This document shows positions 1 through 10,008 of a stretch of 64,000 nt of DNA, piece after piece (position 1 is the first letter of the stretch; each line of letters starts with the position of its first letter). The stretch covers positions 9,908 to 73,907 of the forward strand of contig CAWAVM010000004.1 of NCBI GenBank assembly GCA_963785465.1. The letters are read 5' to 3'. Under the pieces are notes generated by a model. It did no database searches. It was not told where the DNA came from and worked only from the letters and a program-made list of their open reading frames with translations. The DNA comes from an uncultured Chloroflexia bacterium. GTDB lineage: Bacteria > Chloroflexota > Chloroflexia > Thermomicrobiales > Thermomicrobiaceae. The translations under genes were made by a program, and so were the position numbers.

Positions 1-450
1 CAGCAGCCGGAACTCGACACGGTGCTTGTAGCGACTGGTGGCGGTGGGCTCATCGGCGGCATCTCGACCTGGTACGGTGGCTCGACACGCGTGATCTCGG
101 TCGAATCGGAGCAGACGTCAACGCTCGCTTCAGCGCTGGCAGCCGGAGAGCCCGTAGACGTCGAGCTGGGCGGCGTCGCGGCGGACGCACTGGGCGCTAG
201 GCGAATTGGAAACCTTGGATTCCACGCCGCCCGGCAATGGGTCGATCGCGCCCTGCTTGTCTCAGACGATGCTATTCTGGAGGCTCAGCAGGCGCTCTGG
301 GATAGCGCACGCATCGCCAGCGAACCCGCCAGCGCCGCCCCATTGGCTGCATTGATGACCGGCGCCTACCGGCCGGCGGACGATGAGCGGATCTGCCTCA
401 TCATCTGCGGCGCGAACATCGACCCAGCGAGCTTGTCGAGGTCACACTAG
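1..450 (+). CDS. PLP-dependent serine/threonine dehydratase-family enzyme, C-terminal part (5' end lies outside the window)
   Basis: The frame is open from nt 1. It has the glycine loop VLVATGGGGLIGGI typical of fold-type II PLP enzymes. Stop is TAG at 448-450. Confidence 0.7.
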   Translation, partial: QQPELDTVLVATGGGGLIGGISTWYGGSTRVISVESEQTSTLASALAAGEPVDVELGGVAADALGARRIGNLGFHAARQWVDRALLVSDDAILEAQQALWDSARIASEPASAAPLAALMTGAYRPADDERICLIICGANIDPASLSRSH

Positions 451-1853
451 CCTACGGCAATTGGAGGGACCCGCCCTGCCCACGGCATTGCCTCTTCGAG
501 CTGCATCGCCAACGCCAACAGGGCATCATCGGCACCTGACTTACCGACAAGCTGCACACCGATTGGAAGTCGCTCCGCAGATTCGCCCAAAGGCAACGAA
601 ATCGCCGGTTGACCGGTCATGTTAACCCAGTAGGTAAACGCGCCAAATTCGCCCAGCTTTTGGCGCACCTCTTCCTCGGTTCCACCCAGTGCGCCGAGAG
701 GCGGCGCCGTTCTCGGTAGCGTCGGACAGAGAAGAATATCGAACTTGCGATACCAGCCCAGCACGCGCCGATGCAATTCGAGCACGGCAAACTCGGCCTG
801 CAAGTACTCGGTGGCCGAGAGCTTCTTTCCCACGTCAAACGTCGCCCGCGCGTGCATCCCAACCTTCGTGGGATCGAGCCATGGATTCACTGCCGTGAAC
901 GCCGCAACAATCGTCAGAAACGGATCGTAGATATTGGAGAGGTCCGGAGCGTCCTCCTCTACTTCATGCCCCATTTCAGACAAGAGAGTGGCCACCCGTT
1001 CGACGGTAGCGACGACTTCGGGATCGACAGCCGTGCCTTCGCACTTCGCCGTCCAGCCAACCCGCAAGGGACCCGAGGTATCTGGAAGACGCATGGGCCT
1101 CGGAGCTATCGGAGCCGTCATCGGACCGAGGAGAAGCGCAACGTCGTCCACGGTGCGGCCCATCGGACCGGGCGTCGCGAAGCCAGCGATCGCGGCATAA
1201 CTAAATGGGTTCGGAATGATCCGCCCTCGTGACGGCTTCAGGCCAACCACGCCACAGGCAGCCGCCGGAATACGGATAGAGCCACCGGCATCGGTCCCCT
1301 GCGCGAGTGGACAAAGATAGGCCGCCAGCGCCGCGCCGGATCCGCCGCTCGATCCACCGGCGATCCGAGATAGGTCCCAGGGGTTGCGCGTCGGAGGGAA
1401 GACGTCGTTTTCGGTCGTCATAGTAAGGCCGAATTCCGGCGTGTTGGTCTTCCCCAACAATATGGCGCCCGCGGCAAAGACCCGTCCTATCTCAGGGCTG
1501 TCCGTTTCGGGCACGAAATGCTCGAACGCGCGCGACCCGAAGGTGGTGCGGACACCAGCCGTCGGGGTCAAATCTTTGACGGCAATTGGGATGCCGTGCA
1601 GCGGTCCGAGCTGATCCAGGTCGCCGGACATCAACGCTCGTTCAGCGGCTGCAGCCTCGGCCAACGCGCGCTCGGCGGTGATCGTTACGTACGCCCCGAT
1701 CTGAGGATTCATACGTTCGATACGCTCCAGAAACACGGTGACCAGGTCCACTGGCGAGATCTCGCGCCGCCGCATCCGACGAACCAGCTCCGTTGCCGGC
1801 AAAAAGGCGAGTTCATCTCCCAAGTGTCTCTCCATCAGCCCTCTCCTGATCAC
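447..1853 (-). CDS. amidase (amidase-signature family)
   Basis: 468-aa ORF with the amidase-signature GGSSGGSGAALA motif and a conserved GTDAGGSIRIPAA block. Confidence 0.85.
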   Translation of the reverse strand: MIRRGLMERHLGDELAFLPATELVRRMRRREISPVDLVTVFLERIERMNPQIGAYVTITAERALAEAAAAERALMSGDLDQLGPLHGIPIAVKDLTPTAGVRTTFGSRAFEHFVPETDSPEIGRVFAAGAILLGKTNTPEFGLTMTTENDVFPPTRNPWDLSRIAGGSSGGSGAALAAYLCPLAQGTDAGGSIRIPAAACGVVGLKPSRGRIIPNPFSYAAIAGFATPGPMGRTVDDVALLLGPMTAPIAPRPMRLPDTSGPLRVGWTAKCEGTAVDPEVVATVERVATLLSEMGHEVEEDAPDLSNIYDPFLTIVAAFTAVNPWLDPTKVGMHARATFDVGKKLSATEYLQAEFAVLELHRRVLGWYRKFDILLCPTLPRTAPPLGALGGTEEEVRQKLGEFGAFTYWVNMTGQPAISLPLGESAERLPIGVQLVGKSGADDALLALAMQLEEAMPWAGRVPPIAVG

Positions 1854-1855
1854 TG

Positions 1856-2383
1856 TTATCGAAACGCGATCGCTGAGTAGATCTCGCCGAGAAAGCGGCT
1901 CGGGCGACTCGAGAGCAATCTCGATCCGACGAATCCGCAGCGCACGGTGAGCGCCTCCCAGGTTTCGTATGACAGCGGGTATGGTACCCAGTGATTACCG
2001 CGATCGGTGTTGTACTCAACGAGGATCAAGCGACCGCCGGGTTCGAGATAGTCATACACCAATCGAAGCACCGCATCCTTGTCACGCTGGTAGTGAAGTG
2101 AATTTGCCATCACGATCCCAGCGAAAGGCGGCAGGTTGTGTGATTCGGTGAAATCGGCGACCATAAGGTGTGCTCTTGTGTGCGGGAAACGTCGACGCAA
2201 CTCTGAGCGCTGCCGATCGAGCGCATGCCGATCGAGATCAAGGGAATAGATCTCGGAACCAGGACCGAGTAAATCGGCAAGTGCCAGCGTAAATGCTCCC
2301 GACCCGGAGCCGAAATCGGCCCAGGTGCCACCTTGCTCTGGAATACCGTCACGAAGCAGTGCGACGTGATCGTCATGGTTCAT
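1856..2383 (-). CDS. class I SAM-dependent methyltransferase
   Basis: Motif I-like WADFGSGSGAFTLALA. Its stop lies 3 nt from the amidase start, suggesting co-transcription. Confidence 0.75.
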   Translation of the reverse strand: MNHDDHVALLRDGIPEQGGTWADFGSGSGAFTLALADLLGPGSEIYSLDLDRHALDRQRSELRRRFPHTRAHLMVADFTESHNLPPFAGIVMANSLHYQRDKDAVLRLVYDYLEPGGRLILVEYNTDRGNHWVPYPLSYETWEALTVRCGFVGSRLLSSRPSRFLGEIYSAIAFR

Positions 2384-2528
2384 CGATGGTCACGCTTCTC
2401 TGTTGCTTGTGTTACCGCGCACATCAATCGTTAAGGTTGGTCACATAGCTGGAATTGATCCGGGACTTACGCGGATTAAACCAGAGCAAGAGTTTTCTGT
2501 TGAATCGAGTTACGGAGAGAGGGAATGA

Positions 2529-3314
2529 ATGAGGAAGATTCGAATCGGCGTACACCTAAATCCACAGCACGGTGATTATGTAGATTACAAACGGGCCGTG
2601 CTCGAGGTCGAGTCAATGGGCGCCGATGTCATCACCGTCTGGGATCACTTCTATCCGCTGTCGGGCGATCCGGACGGCAAGCACTTCGAGTGTTGGACGC
2701 TCCTGAGCGCGATCGCGGCGATGACCGAACGCATCGAGATGGGCGCGCTGGTCTCCTCAATCGGCTATCGCAACCCCAACCTGATCGCCGATATGTCCCG
2801 TACCATCGACCACATCTCGGGCGGGCGATTCATTCTCGGTCTCGGCTCCGGCTGGTCGGAAAAAGACTACCAGGAGTATGGCTACGAGTTTGGGACGGCC
2901 GGGAGCCGCTTGCGCGACCTGCGTGACGCCCTTCCGGTTATCGAAGATCGTTTCGGGAAGCTCAATCCTCCACCGTTGAGAAAGATTCCGGTCATGATCG
3001 GTGGTGGTGGCGAGAAGGTAACGCTCCGCATCGTCGCCCGGCACGCCGATATTTGGCACTGCAATGCCGGGGGTGAAGCTCTGGCGACTAAGGCCAAGGT
3101 GCTCGACGACTGGTGCGCAAAGGAAGGTCGCGATCCGTCGACAATCGAGCGAGCTGCTGGCGTCGGAGTTACGACGTCTCTCGACTCGGCCGACGAGATG
3201 GTCAAATTAGGGTATACGCTCTTCACCCACCGCAGCAGTGGGCCGGAATGGGATCTCGAGCCGGTCAAAGCTTGGATCGCCTGGCGCGACAAGCACAACG
3301 CCAACCGAGCCTAG
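2529..3314 (+). CDS. LLM-class (luciferase-like) flavin/F420-dependent oxidoreductase
   Basis: 261 aa with the typical LLM blocks WDHF, RFILGLGSGW and GGGGEKVTLRIVARHAD. GGAGAGAGGGA lies upstream of the ATG. Confidence 0.75.
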   Translation: MRKIRIGVHLNPQHGDYVDYKRAVLEVESMGADVITVWDHFYPLSGDPDGKHFECWTLLSAIAAMTERIEMGALVSSIGYRNPNLIADMSRTIDHISGGRFILGLGSGWSEKDYQEYGYEFGTAGSRLRDLRDALPVIEDRFGKLNPPPLRKIPVMIGGGGEKVTLRIVARHADIWHCNAGGEALATKAKVLDDWCAKEGRDPSTIERAAGVGVTTSLDSADEMVKLGYTLFTHRSSGPEWDLEPVKAWIAWRDKHNANRA

Positions 3315-3322
3315 AACAGCGG

Positions 3323-3351
3323 ACCGGGGCCGCATTGTCGGCGACCCCGGT
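3323..3351. terminator. possible hairpin between convergent genes
   Basis: ACCGGGG...CCCCGGT 7-bp stem around a partly self-pairing loop. It sits between the stop of 2529..3314 (+) and the stop of 3367..3894 (-). There is no clear U-tract. Confidence 0.3.
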
Positions 3352-3366
3352 TGATGGCGCCCGCAG

Positions 3367-3894
3367 TTACTCTTCGGCGAATCCTTGACTATTGCCCATC
3401 AAGGGAAAGACGTAGCTCTGCACGTTGGCCATCATCTGCCGCACGTGATTGCGATCATGGTACAGCCACTCGTGCAACAGGTCGTTGACACACAGATAAC
3501 CGACCTGCGGATGCGTTCCTCCCCGTTCAAGATCCGACGTACTTAGACCCTGGACAAGCTCGACGCTCTCGGCGCGCAACTGGTCGAATTCGTCGAGCAA
3601 CTCACCGAGATCGCGGGCACAGTCATTTCGCTCCTGCTCGACCGCCAACTGATCCCAACCCTCCAGATCCGGCTCGTCTTCAGCCAAGATTGTGCGAATT
3701 CGACCCGCGAATCCGCGCCTCTCGGCCTCCATGATGTGGCCAAGCGCCTCTTTTACACACCACTCGTTCGGTCCGGGGTGGAAATTGACGACGACTGTGG
3801 GAAGCGACGAAAGCTCGGCCCGCACCATCGTCGACATCGCGCTCAACGCCGCCGCGATATCGCTTGGCGCCAGCATACGGGGTTCATCGGCCAT
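3367..3894 (-). CDS. DinB-family (DinB_2-like) protein
   Basis: 175 aa with the His-rich four-helix pattern (ALGHIMEAE ... HEWLYHDRNHVRQ) typical of the DinB superfamily. Confidence 0.65.
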   Translation of the reverse strand: MADEPRMLAPSDIAAALSAMSTMVRAELSSLPTVVVNFHPGPNEWCVKEALGHIMEAERRGFAGRIRTILAEDEPDLEGWDQLAVEQERNDCARDLGELLDEFDQLRAESVELVQGLSTSDLERGGTHPQVGYLCVNDLLHEWLYHDRNHVRQMMANVQSYVFPLMGNSQGFAEE

Positions 3895-4045
3895 CTTCGG
3901 ATCCCTCCACTTGACGCGATCTCACGCTCGCGTCGCTGCTCAACAACCTATGACCCCGCAGTGCCGCGAATGTGAATGGAAAATCGGAGACTCTCGGGCT
4001 AACTGCCCTCTATCCTCAGCTCGTCAGCCGACAGTCAATAGGTTC

Positions 4046-4561
4046 CTAGCTTGGCGGCGTGTAGGCCGGGTCCGGGTCGTTGTGGACCGGGAAGCCCATT
4101 TTTCCACTGGCCGGGGCAATGCTGATCTGAAACACAATGTTGTTTGGATCGTGGAAGAAGAGGGTGTTGCCCGGAGCGTACTGGTGGATCGGCACCTCGT
4201 GCTCCATCAGCCGCTTACGCCAGGCTTCCAACTCGTCGTTGCTCTCAACGAAGAAGCAAATGTGATCCAGCATGCGGCCGGTCTTGGGATGAGTCGCCTC
4301 CTGGAATTCCTGCAGCTCGGCTTCAGGGAATTCGAAAAAGGCAAAGACCGTGTTCGGCGCGACCGTGATGAAGTAGTGCCGCTCGTGCCCCTCGCGTCCC
4401 AGCCGGTGCGCCATTGCAACTTCACTCCCGAGGACATCCCGGTAGAACGCGACCGTCTTCGGCATGTCGTTGGTGACCAGCGCGATGTGATGTAACCAGG
4501 GGAACGGGCTCTTCAAGCCATCGCGATCAGGCAACGAAAACTGTGTATCCGTCATGAGCAT
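4046..4561 (-). CDS. VOC/glyoxalase-family protein
   Basis: 171 aa with the LHHIALVTNDM...FYRDVLG start of a VOC beta-alpha-beta-beta-beta module and a second module (LDHICFFVES). Confidence 0.65.
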   Translation of the reverse strand: MLMTDTQFSLPDRDGLKSPFPWLHHIALVTNDMPKTVAFYRDVLGSEVAMAHRLGREGHERHYFITVAPNTVFAFFEFPEAELQEFQEATHPKTGRMLDHICFFVESNDELEAWRKRLMEHEVPIHQYAPGNTLFFHDPNNIVFQISIAPASGKMGFPVHNDPDPAYTPPS

Positions 4562-4691
4562 CCCTCTCTCTTCATTGAGCGTACGTCAAGTTGTTGGCGT
4601 GCTTCGCTCACTCTACGACAACAGACGCGCCGCCCCAACAGAGCGGCACGCTGTTGCACAATCGTTAATCGTCCCGGCAAGGTGCTCGCGA

Positions 4692-5798
4692 CTAGCGCGA
4701 CCGACCTCGAGCCGCCACCGGCCAGACCGCCTCGACGATACCCCCACGAGACACAACGAAGGCGTCATGCAAGTTAACGGTGGTGCAGACGTGTCCCGGT
4801 TGGAAACGTACCTTATCTCCGACACGCAAAGATCGCGCATCGCCCTCCAGGAGCAGCTTGACGTGCTCTTCGGAGAGACTCACGGTCTTCGAATCGCGGA
4901 AGTCGGCCAGCACTGGCAAGCCGAGCTCGGACGTGGCCGTCTTCAGTCCAATGTCAGCCACGGCTCGCTCGGGAGTAGGTCGGCTAACAATCGTGGACCA
5001 GATGGAGATGGCAGGTTCAAAGACCGCGTCTGGGCCTTCCACGGTGCCATATTTGGCGTCCATGAAGACATACGATCCGGCCTGGATTTCGTCGAAGCCT
5101 TCGATTTCACTGGTAATGTCGAATGTGCCAGTACCGCCGCCGCTAATCACCGTGACCGGGACGCCGGCGGCCTCGATCATCCTGCGGGTCTCGATAACCG
5201 GAGCAATCGCCTCTCGCACACGCTGGGTCCGATTCTCATGGCCAGCAAGCATGACGAGATGTCCCTCGTAACTCTGGATTCCAAAGAAGCGCAGACCTGG
5301 CAACGACGAAATCCGCTTTGCCAAATCGACAGCTGATTGGCCCGGCTCGACGCCGCAGCGGTCCATGCCGACATTTACTTCGACTAACACGCGAACTTTC
5401 GAGCCAGCGGCGACCGCGGCATCAGATATCTGCATCGCGTTGTCGAAATTGTCGACCGCGACGGCGATATCGGCATGTCGTGCCAAACGAACCAGTCGCC
5501 CAATTTTGTGAGAACCAACAATCTGGTTTGCTATCAGGACATCCGGCACTCCACCGGCAACTAACGCTTCCGCCTCGCCCAGTTTGGCGCAGGTAATGCC
5601 GACAGCACCCGCATCAAGCTGCTTGTGGGCAATGATCGGAGTCTTGTGCGTCTTGGCGTGCGGTCGCAGATTCGCCTTGCGTCCGGCAAAGAACTCAGCC
5701 ATACGTGCGATGTTGCGCTCCATCGCGTCAGCATCGATCACCAACGCCGGTGTATCGACATCTGACAACGGCCGTCCAACGATCTCGGTCTCGAACAT
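4692..5798 (-). CDS. DSD1/D-threonine-aldolase-family PLP enzyme (alanine racemase N-terminal-like fold)
   Basis: 368 aa with DTPALVIDADAMERNI and LRPHAKTHKT (PLP-lysine context), as in D-serine dehydratase-like/D-TA enzymes. Confidence 0.75.
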   Translation of the reverse strand: MFETEIVGRPLSDVDTPALVIDADAMERNIARMAEFFAGRKANLRPHAKTHKTPIIAHKQLDAGAVGITCAKLGEAEALVAGGVPDVLIANQIVGSHKIGRLVRLARHADIAVAVDNFDNAMQISDAAVAAGSKVRVLVEVNVGMDRCGVEPGQSAVDLAKRISSLPGLRFFGIQSYEGHLVMLAGHENRTQRVREAIAPVIETRRMIEAAGVPVTVISGGGTGTFDITSEIEGFDEIQAGSYVFMDAKYGTVEGPDAVFEPAISIWSTIVSRPTPERAVADIGLKTATSELGLPVLADFRDSKTVSLSEEHVKLLLEGDARSLRVGDKVRFQPGHVCTTVNLHDAFVVSRGGIVEAVWPVAARGRSR

Positions 5799-5924
5799 CC
5801 CACTACCCTCAATTCAGTGATAACTGGCATACACTGCCAGTGATGGGGCAAGCTCATCAGTAGGGACTAGTATGCGGAGACATGCCGACTCGGTCAATTC
5901 ATTAGTCCGGGTTGTGTTGGGTAA

Positions 5925-6875
5925 ATGCGAGAATCGAAGGGGTATCGCGTGGAATTCGGGGTCCACATTCCAGTGATTGTGGGAGATGGCGCCGTACCAA
6001 CGCTCGACGACTTTGTCGCGTATGGCGTAACGGCTGAACGACTCGGCTTCGCGACGGTCGCGACTTCGGATCACATCATCGCTCGCGGAGACTGGCTCGA
6101 TGGCCCGACAATCCTGGCAGCGATTGCTGGAGCAACCTCCCAAATCCACCTGGCCACTGCGATTCTTCTCCCAGTGCTTAGGCATCCCGCTGTCGTGGCC
6201 CAGAGCTTCGGCTCGCTCGATCGGCTCACGTCAGGTCGAGTCATCCTCGGCGTAAGCGGCGGTGTTCTCCGCGACGAGTTCGAACTGATGGATATTCCCT
6301 GGAACGAGCGCTGGCAGCGACTTGATGAAGCGATTGTCGCACTGCGTCGGTTCTGGTCCGACGAGTATCCGGTCTTCCGCGGCCGCCATTACCATATCGA
6401 TGGTGTTGGTCCAAAACCGCTGCCTGGGCGTGGAGGACCACCTATCTGGATCGGGAGCTGGGGATCACCGGCCGGGCTTCGACGCGTGGCGCGACTCGGC
6501 GATGGCTGGATCGCTTCCGGCTTCAATATTACGCCAGAGCGATTCGAATCCGCCTGGCGATCACTCGCCGAACAACGCTCACGGTTGGGCAAGGCTCCAG
6601 AACGGTTCGACAATGCCCTGGCGTCAGTCTTCGTCTACGTGACCAACGACTCGAGCGAGGCTGAACGCGTCGCTTGCGACATCCTCGGACCGGCATTAAA
6701 TCGCGATCCGGAGGAACTGTTGCAACTGGCACTGATGGGAAGCGCCGAGCAGTGCGCCGAACGGCTCGTCCGGTTCTGTGAAGCTGGTGTCCAGCGAGTC
6801 TGGATCTGGCCAGCGACCGATCCGATCGCACAGATCCAGCGCTTCGCCGAGGAGGTCGTTCCGCTGGTCAAATGA
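5925..6875 (+). CDS. LLM-class flavin/F420-dependent oxidoreductase
   Basis: 316 aa with FGVHIP..., SDHII and RVILGVSGG blocks. The exact start is uncertain (an internal GTG at VEFGV is possible). Confidence 0.7.
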   Translation: MRESKGYRVEFGVHIPVIVGDGAVPTLDDFVAYGVTAERLGFATVATSDHIIARGDWLDGPTILAAIAGATSQIHLATAILLPVLRHPAVVAQSFGSLDRLTSGRVILGVSGGVLRDEFELMDIPWNERWQRLDEAIVALRRFWSDEYPVFRGRHYHIDGVGPKPLPGRGGPPIWIGSWGSPAGLRRVARLGDGWIASGFNITPERFESAWRSLAEQRSRLGKAPERFDNALASVFVYVTNDSSEAERVACDILGPALNRDPEELLQLALMGSAEQCAERLVRFCEAGVQRVWIWPATDPIAQIQRFAEEVVPLVK

Positions 6876-7012
6876 GATCCCGCCTAAACGCCACAAAGCA
6901 CTTATTGCGCAAAGTTGTCGCGCGCGATCTTCAGCTATAGAATATGGCATTCTGCGGAAATATCGTCCCGACCTGTGTGGCAGTTCGCAAACAGTGTAAG
7001 GGGTGTTCGGAC

Positions 7013-7561
7013 ATGGGAATTATCCTGGATATCATCAACTCTATTTTCAGCGGATCGCCCAAAGGGAAACTCGCGACCTCATTGGAGCAAGTGAGCCAGG
7101 CCAGGCTCAATAGTTTCGCAACTCGGGTACCACTTAATCAGGTGTTTCCGGCAGAAACGCTCGCGAAGCTCCAGCAGGCACTTCCTCCGGAAGCGCTCGC
7201 GGAGTTCGAGCACGGCATCCCTGCGGGGCTGTTGGCACAATGGCAGAATGGCATCCCGCCACAATTACTCGCCAGACTACAAATGATGCTTCCAGCAGAC
7301 CTGGTCTCTGAACTCGAAAGCGCGATTACCCGAAAAGCGAATACGGAATCGGGTCCCGTCGACGCCAGTGCGCCTCCAATTGCCGCAACTCCCGCACCGC
7401 AGTGGAAACCTGATACGAGCCTGCCACAGGCCAATCCCTGGCAACCCGATGCCAAAATCACCGGCGATGATCCGTGGCATCCAGGTCAGAACACGACAAA
7501 AGAAGACCCCTGGCATCCCGGGTCGACTTCCAAGCGAGACGACCCATGGCATCCAGGGTAG
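7013..7561 (+). CDS. hypothetical repeat protein with a (D/E)DPWHPG x3 C-terminal tail
   Basis: The ATG at 7013 is preceded by AAGGGG 9-10 nt upstream. The 182 aa contain four [LI]P-x-x-x-L-x-x-[FWL] motifs and five PW[KQH]P[DG] motifs. I recognise no family. Confidence 0.5.
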   Translation: MGIILDIINSIFSGSPKGKLATSLEQVSQARLNSFATRVPLNQVFPAETLAKLQQALPPEALAEFEHGIPAGLLAQWQNGIPPQLLARLQMMLPADLVSELESAITRKANTESGPVDASAPPIAATPAPQWKPDTSLPQANPWQPDAKITGDDPWHPGQNTTKEDPWHPGSTSKRDDPWHPG

Positions 7562-7617
7562 TCGACGCTCAGCGGTGAACGGCCGGTGAATGCTATCCCG
7601 TTGATGGCAATCAGCGG

Positions 7618-8583
7618 CTACAACAGCACCGATCCAAGCGGGTTTGCCAACAGTTCGAAAAGAATCGCCTTATGGATGTGGAGACGGTTCTCAGCTTGAT
7701 CATAGATAATCGACTGTGAGCCGTCTGCTACCTCGGCCGTCACTTCCTGACCACGGAACATCGGCAGGCAGTGCATGAAGACGGACTTGTGTGCGGTCCC
7801 AGACATCATCTCGTCATCAACTTGATAGGCCTTCAGGCTTTCAAGCGTTTGACCGTCAAGCTCTTGCCCCATGCTGACCCATACGTCGGTGTAAACGACA
7901 TCTGCGTTAGAGATCGCATGGTACGGATTCTGGAAGAACTCAATGGTGCTGCCGGTCTGAGCAGCGATGGCCTTGGCACGCTCGACGATGAACATGTCCG
8001 GTGAACAATGCGGCGGGGTTGCGACGGAAACGTCGAGACCAACCAGTGCCCCAGCCAGCAACAGGGAGTTCACCATATTGTTCTTGTTGCCGACGTATGC
8101 GAGCTTACGTCCGTGCCAGTCGCCGAACTGCTCCTTGATCGTCATCATGTCGGCCAGACCCTGTGTTGGATGCGCAAGATCCGACAGGCCGTTGATGACT
8201 GGAACCGTCGCCGATTTCGCCAACGCGACCACGTCAGAGTGTTTGAAGACGCGTGCCATGATGACGTCAACGTAGCGAGACAACACCGCACCAGTGTCTT
8301 CGATCGATTCACCACGGCCAAGCTGAAGGTCGTTCGTCGAGAGATAGAGGGCGTGCCCACCCATCTGCGCCATACCGACTTCGAAGGCCACACGCGTGCG
8401 CGTCGAGGGCTTCTCAAAGATCATGGCAAGCGTTTTCCCCGGCATGATGTGATGTTGTGGTTCGCCGGCCTTAAGTTGTGCCTTGAGTTGAATGGCACGA
8501 TCGATCAAGGCAATGGCCTGATCGGGGGTTAGGTTATCGTCGGTTAGTAGATCGAATTTTGCGGTCCGGGTCTGCAACTGCAT
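7618..8583 (-). CDS. argF: ornithine carbamoyltransferase
   Basis: The motifs STRTR, HPTQGLAD, DVWVSMG and HCLP are all present in a 321-aa ORF. Confidence 0.85.
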   Translation of the reverse strand: MQLQTRTAKFDLLTDDNLTPDQAIALIDRAIQLKAQLKAGEPQHHIMPGKTLAMIFEKPSTRTRVAFEVGMAQMGGHALYLSTNDLQLGRGESIEDTGAVLSRYVDVIMARVFKHSDVVALAKSATVPVINGLSDLAHPTQGLADMMTIKEQFGDWHGRKLAYVGNKNNMVNSLLLAGALVGLDVSVATPPHCSPDMFIVERAKAIAAQTGSTIEFFQNPYHAISNADVVYTDVWVSMGQELDGQTLESLKAYQVDDEMMSGTAHKSVFMHCLPMFRGQEVTAEVADGSQSIIYDQAENRLHIHKAILFELLANPLGSVLL

Positions 8584-8917
8584 GCTCTCCTCATTTCAGC
8601 AAATAGGTTCCAGCGAACGTCGGAATGACGCCTTCTTGAGCTGCACCTACGCCTGAATCGGAAAGCCATTGTTCGCTGCTCGACCCTTTCTGAGGCAATC
8701 GAGTGGACGAAAAATCGCGCCACGGAATTCGTGTCCGGCAGCGCGAACCGATAGGCATATAGAATGCGCCATTCGCCCTTCGATGTCAAGAGGAATATGA
8801 GATATTGCGAGTGTGTCCTAGCGAAAATATCTGAGAACGTTGGCCAGCGAGCGACCTACGGGTGATTCATACCCGCCAGGAAAACGCCGGATTCCAGTTT
8901 AAGGTGAAGGAGTGAGC

Positions 8918-9907
8918 ATGCCAGAAGCAGACACGGTGAATATCTACTCGCTCAGCGATCTCGCGACGCCCTGGTGCGTCCACGTAGTCGCAACGTTACG
9001 CATCGCCGACCACATTCATTCGGGGATCACACAGATCGACGAACTGGCTGCGGCAGCAAGCGCCAACGCCGCGATGCTCCATCGCGTAATGACTCATCTT
9101 GTCCAAAAGGGAGTGTTTGACGAACGATCTGATGGCCAATTCACTCTCAACGAACCTGCGGAGGCGTTTCTCGACGAATCGATTCGACTTGGCCTTGACT
9201 TGGACCTGATTGGTGGCCGTATGGCCGGTGCTTGGAGCGGACTCCTGAGCCAGGTACGCACCGGCAACCCGGTCTATCACGAGATCTTCGGCCTCCCCTT
9301 CTGGGAAGATCTGGACGCCCATCCTGAAATTGGTGCTAGCTTCGACGACCTGATGGGTCCCGCCGGGCACGGCACTCCGGACTCTGAGGTGCTGGTGAAC
9401 GCAGACTGGGCAACGGTACGCACGGTCGTCGACGTCGGAGGCGGCAGTGGTGCGATGCTCGCCGCCATTCTCCAGGTTCATCCGCATGTGAGCGGCACAC
9501 TTGTCGATCTTCCGCGGACGATAAACAGCGCGCGCGAACGGTTCGAGTCGGCCAGAGTCGCTGGTCGTGTCCATTTCAGCGGTCAAAGCTTCTTCGACCC
9601 GCTACCTTCAGGGGCCGATCTTTACCTGGTCCATAAGGTTCTCAACGATTGGCCCGACGAAGAGGCCCTTACGATCCTGCGTCGCTGCGCTGAGGCGGTC
9701 TCATCATCTGGGCGCGTGGTAGTCGTCGGCAGCGTGTCGTCCAACTCATCGGGCGCTGGATTGTCGATTGAGACAGTGCTGGTTGGCGGCAAGAATCGCT
9801 CTTTATCCGAGTTTCAGAAACTCGCCCATCAGGCAGGACTTGAAATCCATATCACCGGCAGCCAGCCAACTGGACGATTCATCGTTGAGTGCCGGCCTAC
9901 CCGCTAG
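8918..9907 (+). CDS. O-methyltransferase (Methyltransf_2 type with N-terminal dimerisation/winged-helix domain)
   Basis: VVDVGGGSGAML motif I and LHKVLNDWPDEEA, typical of small-molecule OMTs. The ATG at 8918 is preferred because GAAGGAG lies 5 nt upstream; the track ORF starts at GTG 8912. Confidence 0.8.
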   Translation: MPEADTVNIYSLSDLATPWCVHVVATLRIADHIHSGITQIDELAAAASANAAMLHRVMTHLVQKGVFDERSDGQFTLNEPAEAFLDESIRLGLDLDLIGGRMAGAWSGLLSQVRTGNPVYHEIFGLPFWEDLDAHPEIGASFDDLMGPAGHGTPDSEVLVNADWATVRTVVDVGGGSGAMLAAILQVHPHVSGTLVDLPRTINSARERFESARVAGRVHFSGQSFFDPLPSGADLYLVHKVLNDWPDEEALTILRRCAEAVSSSGRVVVVGSVSSNSSGAGLSIETVLVGGKNRSLSEFQKLAHQAGLEIHITGSQPTGRFIVECRPTR

Positions 9908-9968
9908 ATACCGATCCCGGCACCTGCGTTTCGTCCCGCAGGGCTATTCAGATTAGCCCGCGTTGCAG

Positions 9969-9997
9969 TTGACTGACATGCACATAAGTGCTATCGT
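9969..9997 (+). promoter_or_regulatory. candidate sigma70-like promoter of the arsR-type/ATPase operon
   Basis: TTGACT (9969-9974), a 17-nt spacer, then TATCGT (9992-9997), in an AT-rich gap 67 nt upstream of the ATG at 10064. Confidence 0.4.
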
Positions 9998-10008
9998 GGC
10001 AGTAATAT

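Noticed and set aside
447-450. Convergent dehydratase and amidase genes share the palindrome CTAG as overlapping stop codons. ATGA stop/start overlaps also occur at 13916-13919 and 14749-14752.
   Set aside because: These are real but commonplace consequences of compact genomes. They were used only as operon evidence.
771-1232. Numerous long ORFs antisense to or overlapping confident genes (for example 771..1232, 8008..8532, 14993..15592, 21130..21861, 24949..25788, 32906..33565, 33584..34313, 35575..36153, 40035..40706, 44286..45008, 57035..57541).
   Set aside because: These are typical shadow ORFs of a GC-rich genome. They have Arg/Ser/Pro/Gly-rich low-complexity translations and no motifs, and they lie entirely inside genes with strong family signatures on the other strand or frame.
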